A stretch of 24,000 nucleotides of DNA from NCBI GenBank assembly GCA_050303535.1, contig JBNLBY010000002.1, forward strand, positions 63,534 through 87,533. The letters run 5' to 3'. Both the position numbers and the translations under genes were made by a program. The stretch is from Sideroxydans sp. (GTDB taxonomy: Bacteria > Pseudomonadota > Gammaproteobacteria > Burkholderiales > Gallionellaceae). The notes under the pieces were generated by a model. The model saw only the letters and a list, made by a program, of their open reading frames with translations, did no database searches and had not been told where the DNA came from. Shown piece after piece: positions 22,774 through 24,000 of the stretch. The number at the start of each line of letters is the position of its first letter. The first letter of the stretch is position 1.

Positions 22774-24000
22774 TCATTTCTGCAAAGCCAGTTTCTGTTT
22801 GGCGCCCAGCGAGAGCGGACGGAACGGCCGTCCGTCCGCCTCGAAGAAACGCGAAAAGCCTTCATAGTATTCCAGCCGCAATGCCTGGATGGCAACAATG
22901 GCGCCTTCCAGCACGAGAATGAAAATATTGCCCAGCACCACCGTCACCCAGTATCCCGTGCTGTGCAGCATGTTTGCCACGGTGAAAATGGCGACCGCCA
23001 GCGCCACGTGATTCAGGCTGAATGCCGCCAGCCGCAAAAAGGACAACGTATTGGACGTGTACGCCATGGCGGTTTCCAGTCCTTCCATCAGCACCATCAG
23101 CAATCTTTCGCCGTAAGCGCTGCCGCTGTATTTGCGCCAGGTATGGCCGAAGATCGCGGCGAGTGCCGTGCACATCATCAGCGGCGCAACGATGCCGATA
23201 TGGCCGCTGGCGTACAAACGCCACGCGCCCAGCAGCAACCCCAGGTAGAGCAACAGGCCAGCAGCGCCGCGGCTGTCCAGCAATGCCTCATGCGTGCGGC
23301 CATCGGCCAGCCGGTTGCGTATGGTCAGCAAATTGGCCAGCACAATAAAAGAACAGCCCCATCCCAGTGCGATGCTGAGCATGCGCGACGGGTCGGACAA
23401 GGGCGACATCCACCATGCGGGAATGACATGCTCGTAGCCGAACACGCTGCCGTACAACAAACCGAACACGCACGAACAGGTTCCCGCCGCCAGCACCAGC
23501 GAAGTGTAGTGGCCGAGACGCTTGTGAAATAGCACACCCGCGAGCGCGATGACCGCGCCCTGGCCGACATCGCCGAACATCATGCCGAACATCAGCACGA
23601 AGGTGACGGCAAACAGGATGGTGGGATCGATTTCCCCGTAGCGCGGTACGCCGTAATTCAGCACCAGGCTGGAGAACGGTTTCATCCAGCGGACATGACT
23701 GATCAGCGACGGCACCAGCATGCGCTCGTCCGGACGCGGATCGCGCGCGCTCAACACATAACGGCCGGGAAGATTTTTTTCCAGGAGGCGCTGCAAATGC
23801 TTCAGCCCGTATACGGGAATCCAGCCGCTGACGGTGACGAGGTGGCCGCGCCCGCGCATCATCAGCGCCAGTTCGGCACAGGGTGCGGCGCGCGCCAGCA
23901 TACGCGAGGCATCGGTCAAGCGCGCAACGAAATCCGGCTGGGCTACCTGTTCGCGGCGCTGCCCGTCTTCCTTCGCGCGCAACTCATTCAGGCGCGCCAT
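22774..24000 (-). CDS. atpI: V/A-type ATP synthase subunit I (a-subunit, stator/proton channel), 5' end off the right edge
   Basis: 408 aa visible. GEIDPTILFAVTFVLMFGMMFGDVGQG, SFLRLAAFSLNHVAL (the conserved channel Arg helix), LEGAIVAIQALRLEYYEGFSRFF. Full-length subunit I is about 600+ aa, so the ATG at the window edge is probably internal. Confidence 0.9.
   Translation of the reverse strand: MARLNELRAKEDGQRREQVAQPDFVARLTDASRMLARAAPCAELALMMRGRGHLVTVSGWIPVYGLKHLQRLLEKNLPGRYVLSARDPRPDERMLVPSLISHVRWMKPFSSLVLNYGVPRYGEIDPTILFAVTFVLMFGMMFGDVGQGAVIALAGVLFHKRLGHYTSLVLAAGTCSCVFGLLYGSVFGYEHVIPAWWMSPLSDPSRMLSIALGWGCSFIVLANLLTIRNRLADGRTHEALLDSRGAAGLLLYLGLLLGAWRLYASGHIGIVAPLMMCTALAAIFGHTWRKYSGSAYGERLLMVLMEGLETAMAYTSNTLSFLRLAAFSLNHVALAVAIFTVANMLHSTGYWVTVVLGNIFILVLEGAIVAIQALRLEYYEGFSRFFEADGRPFRPLSLGAKQKLALQK

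Noticed and set aside
17562-23532. Plus-strand ORFs of 233, 303, 184, 174 and 260 aa opposite atpB, atpA, atpE/F/K and atpI. The same applies to 12097-12855 (-) opposite queG and 9546-10265 (-) opposite the CPBP gene.
   Set aside because: All lie antisense to confidently identified genes, are rich in Arg/His/Gln/Ala, and have no RBS or motif support.
13191-24000. A genomic island integrated at tRNA-Lys and carrying the EAL, cupin, membrane-protein and V-ATPase genes.
   Set aside because: There is no integrase next to the tRNA and no direct repeat of the tRNA 3' end that I could find in the window. This cannot be supported from this sequence alone.

Overview
This window looks like proteobacterial (beta/gamma-like) chromosome, judged from the housekeeping genes; I cannot assign a taxon. 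Left to right on the + strand unless noted:

- **Left end:** the 3' end of hldD, then an outer-membrane beta-barrel gene sitting inside a 90-bp duplication of the hldD 3' end, then a ComEA-like gene. A DUF481 outer-membrane protein follows on the - strand.
- **Small genes:** DUF1840, a GIY-YIG-like protein (- strand) and DUF695.
- **Cysteine synthesis:** cysK and cysM in tandem.
- **Envelope protease cassette:** a lipoprotein, an FN3-like lipoprotein with a poly-Gly tether, an S8 subtilase carrying a large internal insertion, a stand-alone propeptide-like lipoprotein, and a CPBP intramembrane protease.
- **Conserved block:** amidase and tsaE on the - strand, divergent from queG.
- **Further right:** tRNA-Lys(CUU), a membrane PAS-EAL protein with a degenerate EAL motif (- strand), a WbuC-type cupin, and an orphan four-TM membrane protein.
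- **Right third:** a V/A-type ATPase operon on the - strand in the order I-K-F-E-A-B-D, continuing off the right edge.

The most unusual feature is in the ATPase operon. Every gene junction there overlaps by 4-8 nt except two, and both exceptions are filled by repeat elements. An 843-bp insert between atpA and atpB holds a DUF559 (Vsr-like) endonuclease core wrapped on both sides by the same composite module of 37-nt palindromic REP-like units. A roughly 175-bp element with 27/28-nt terminal inverted repeats lies between atpI and atpK. No CRISPR array, rRNA gene, integrase or transposase was seen. All functional calls come from reading the translations by eye; no database search was run.
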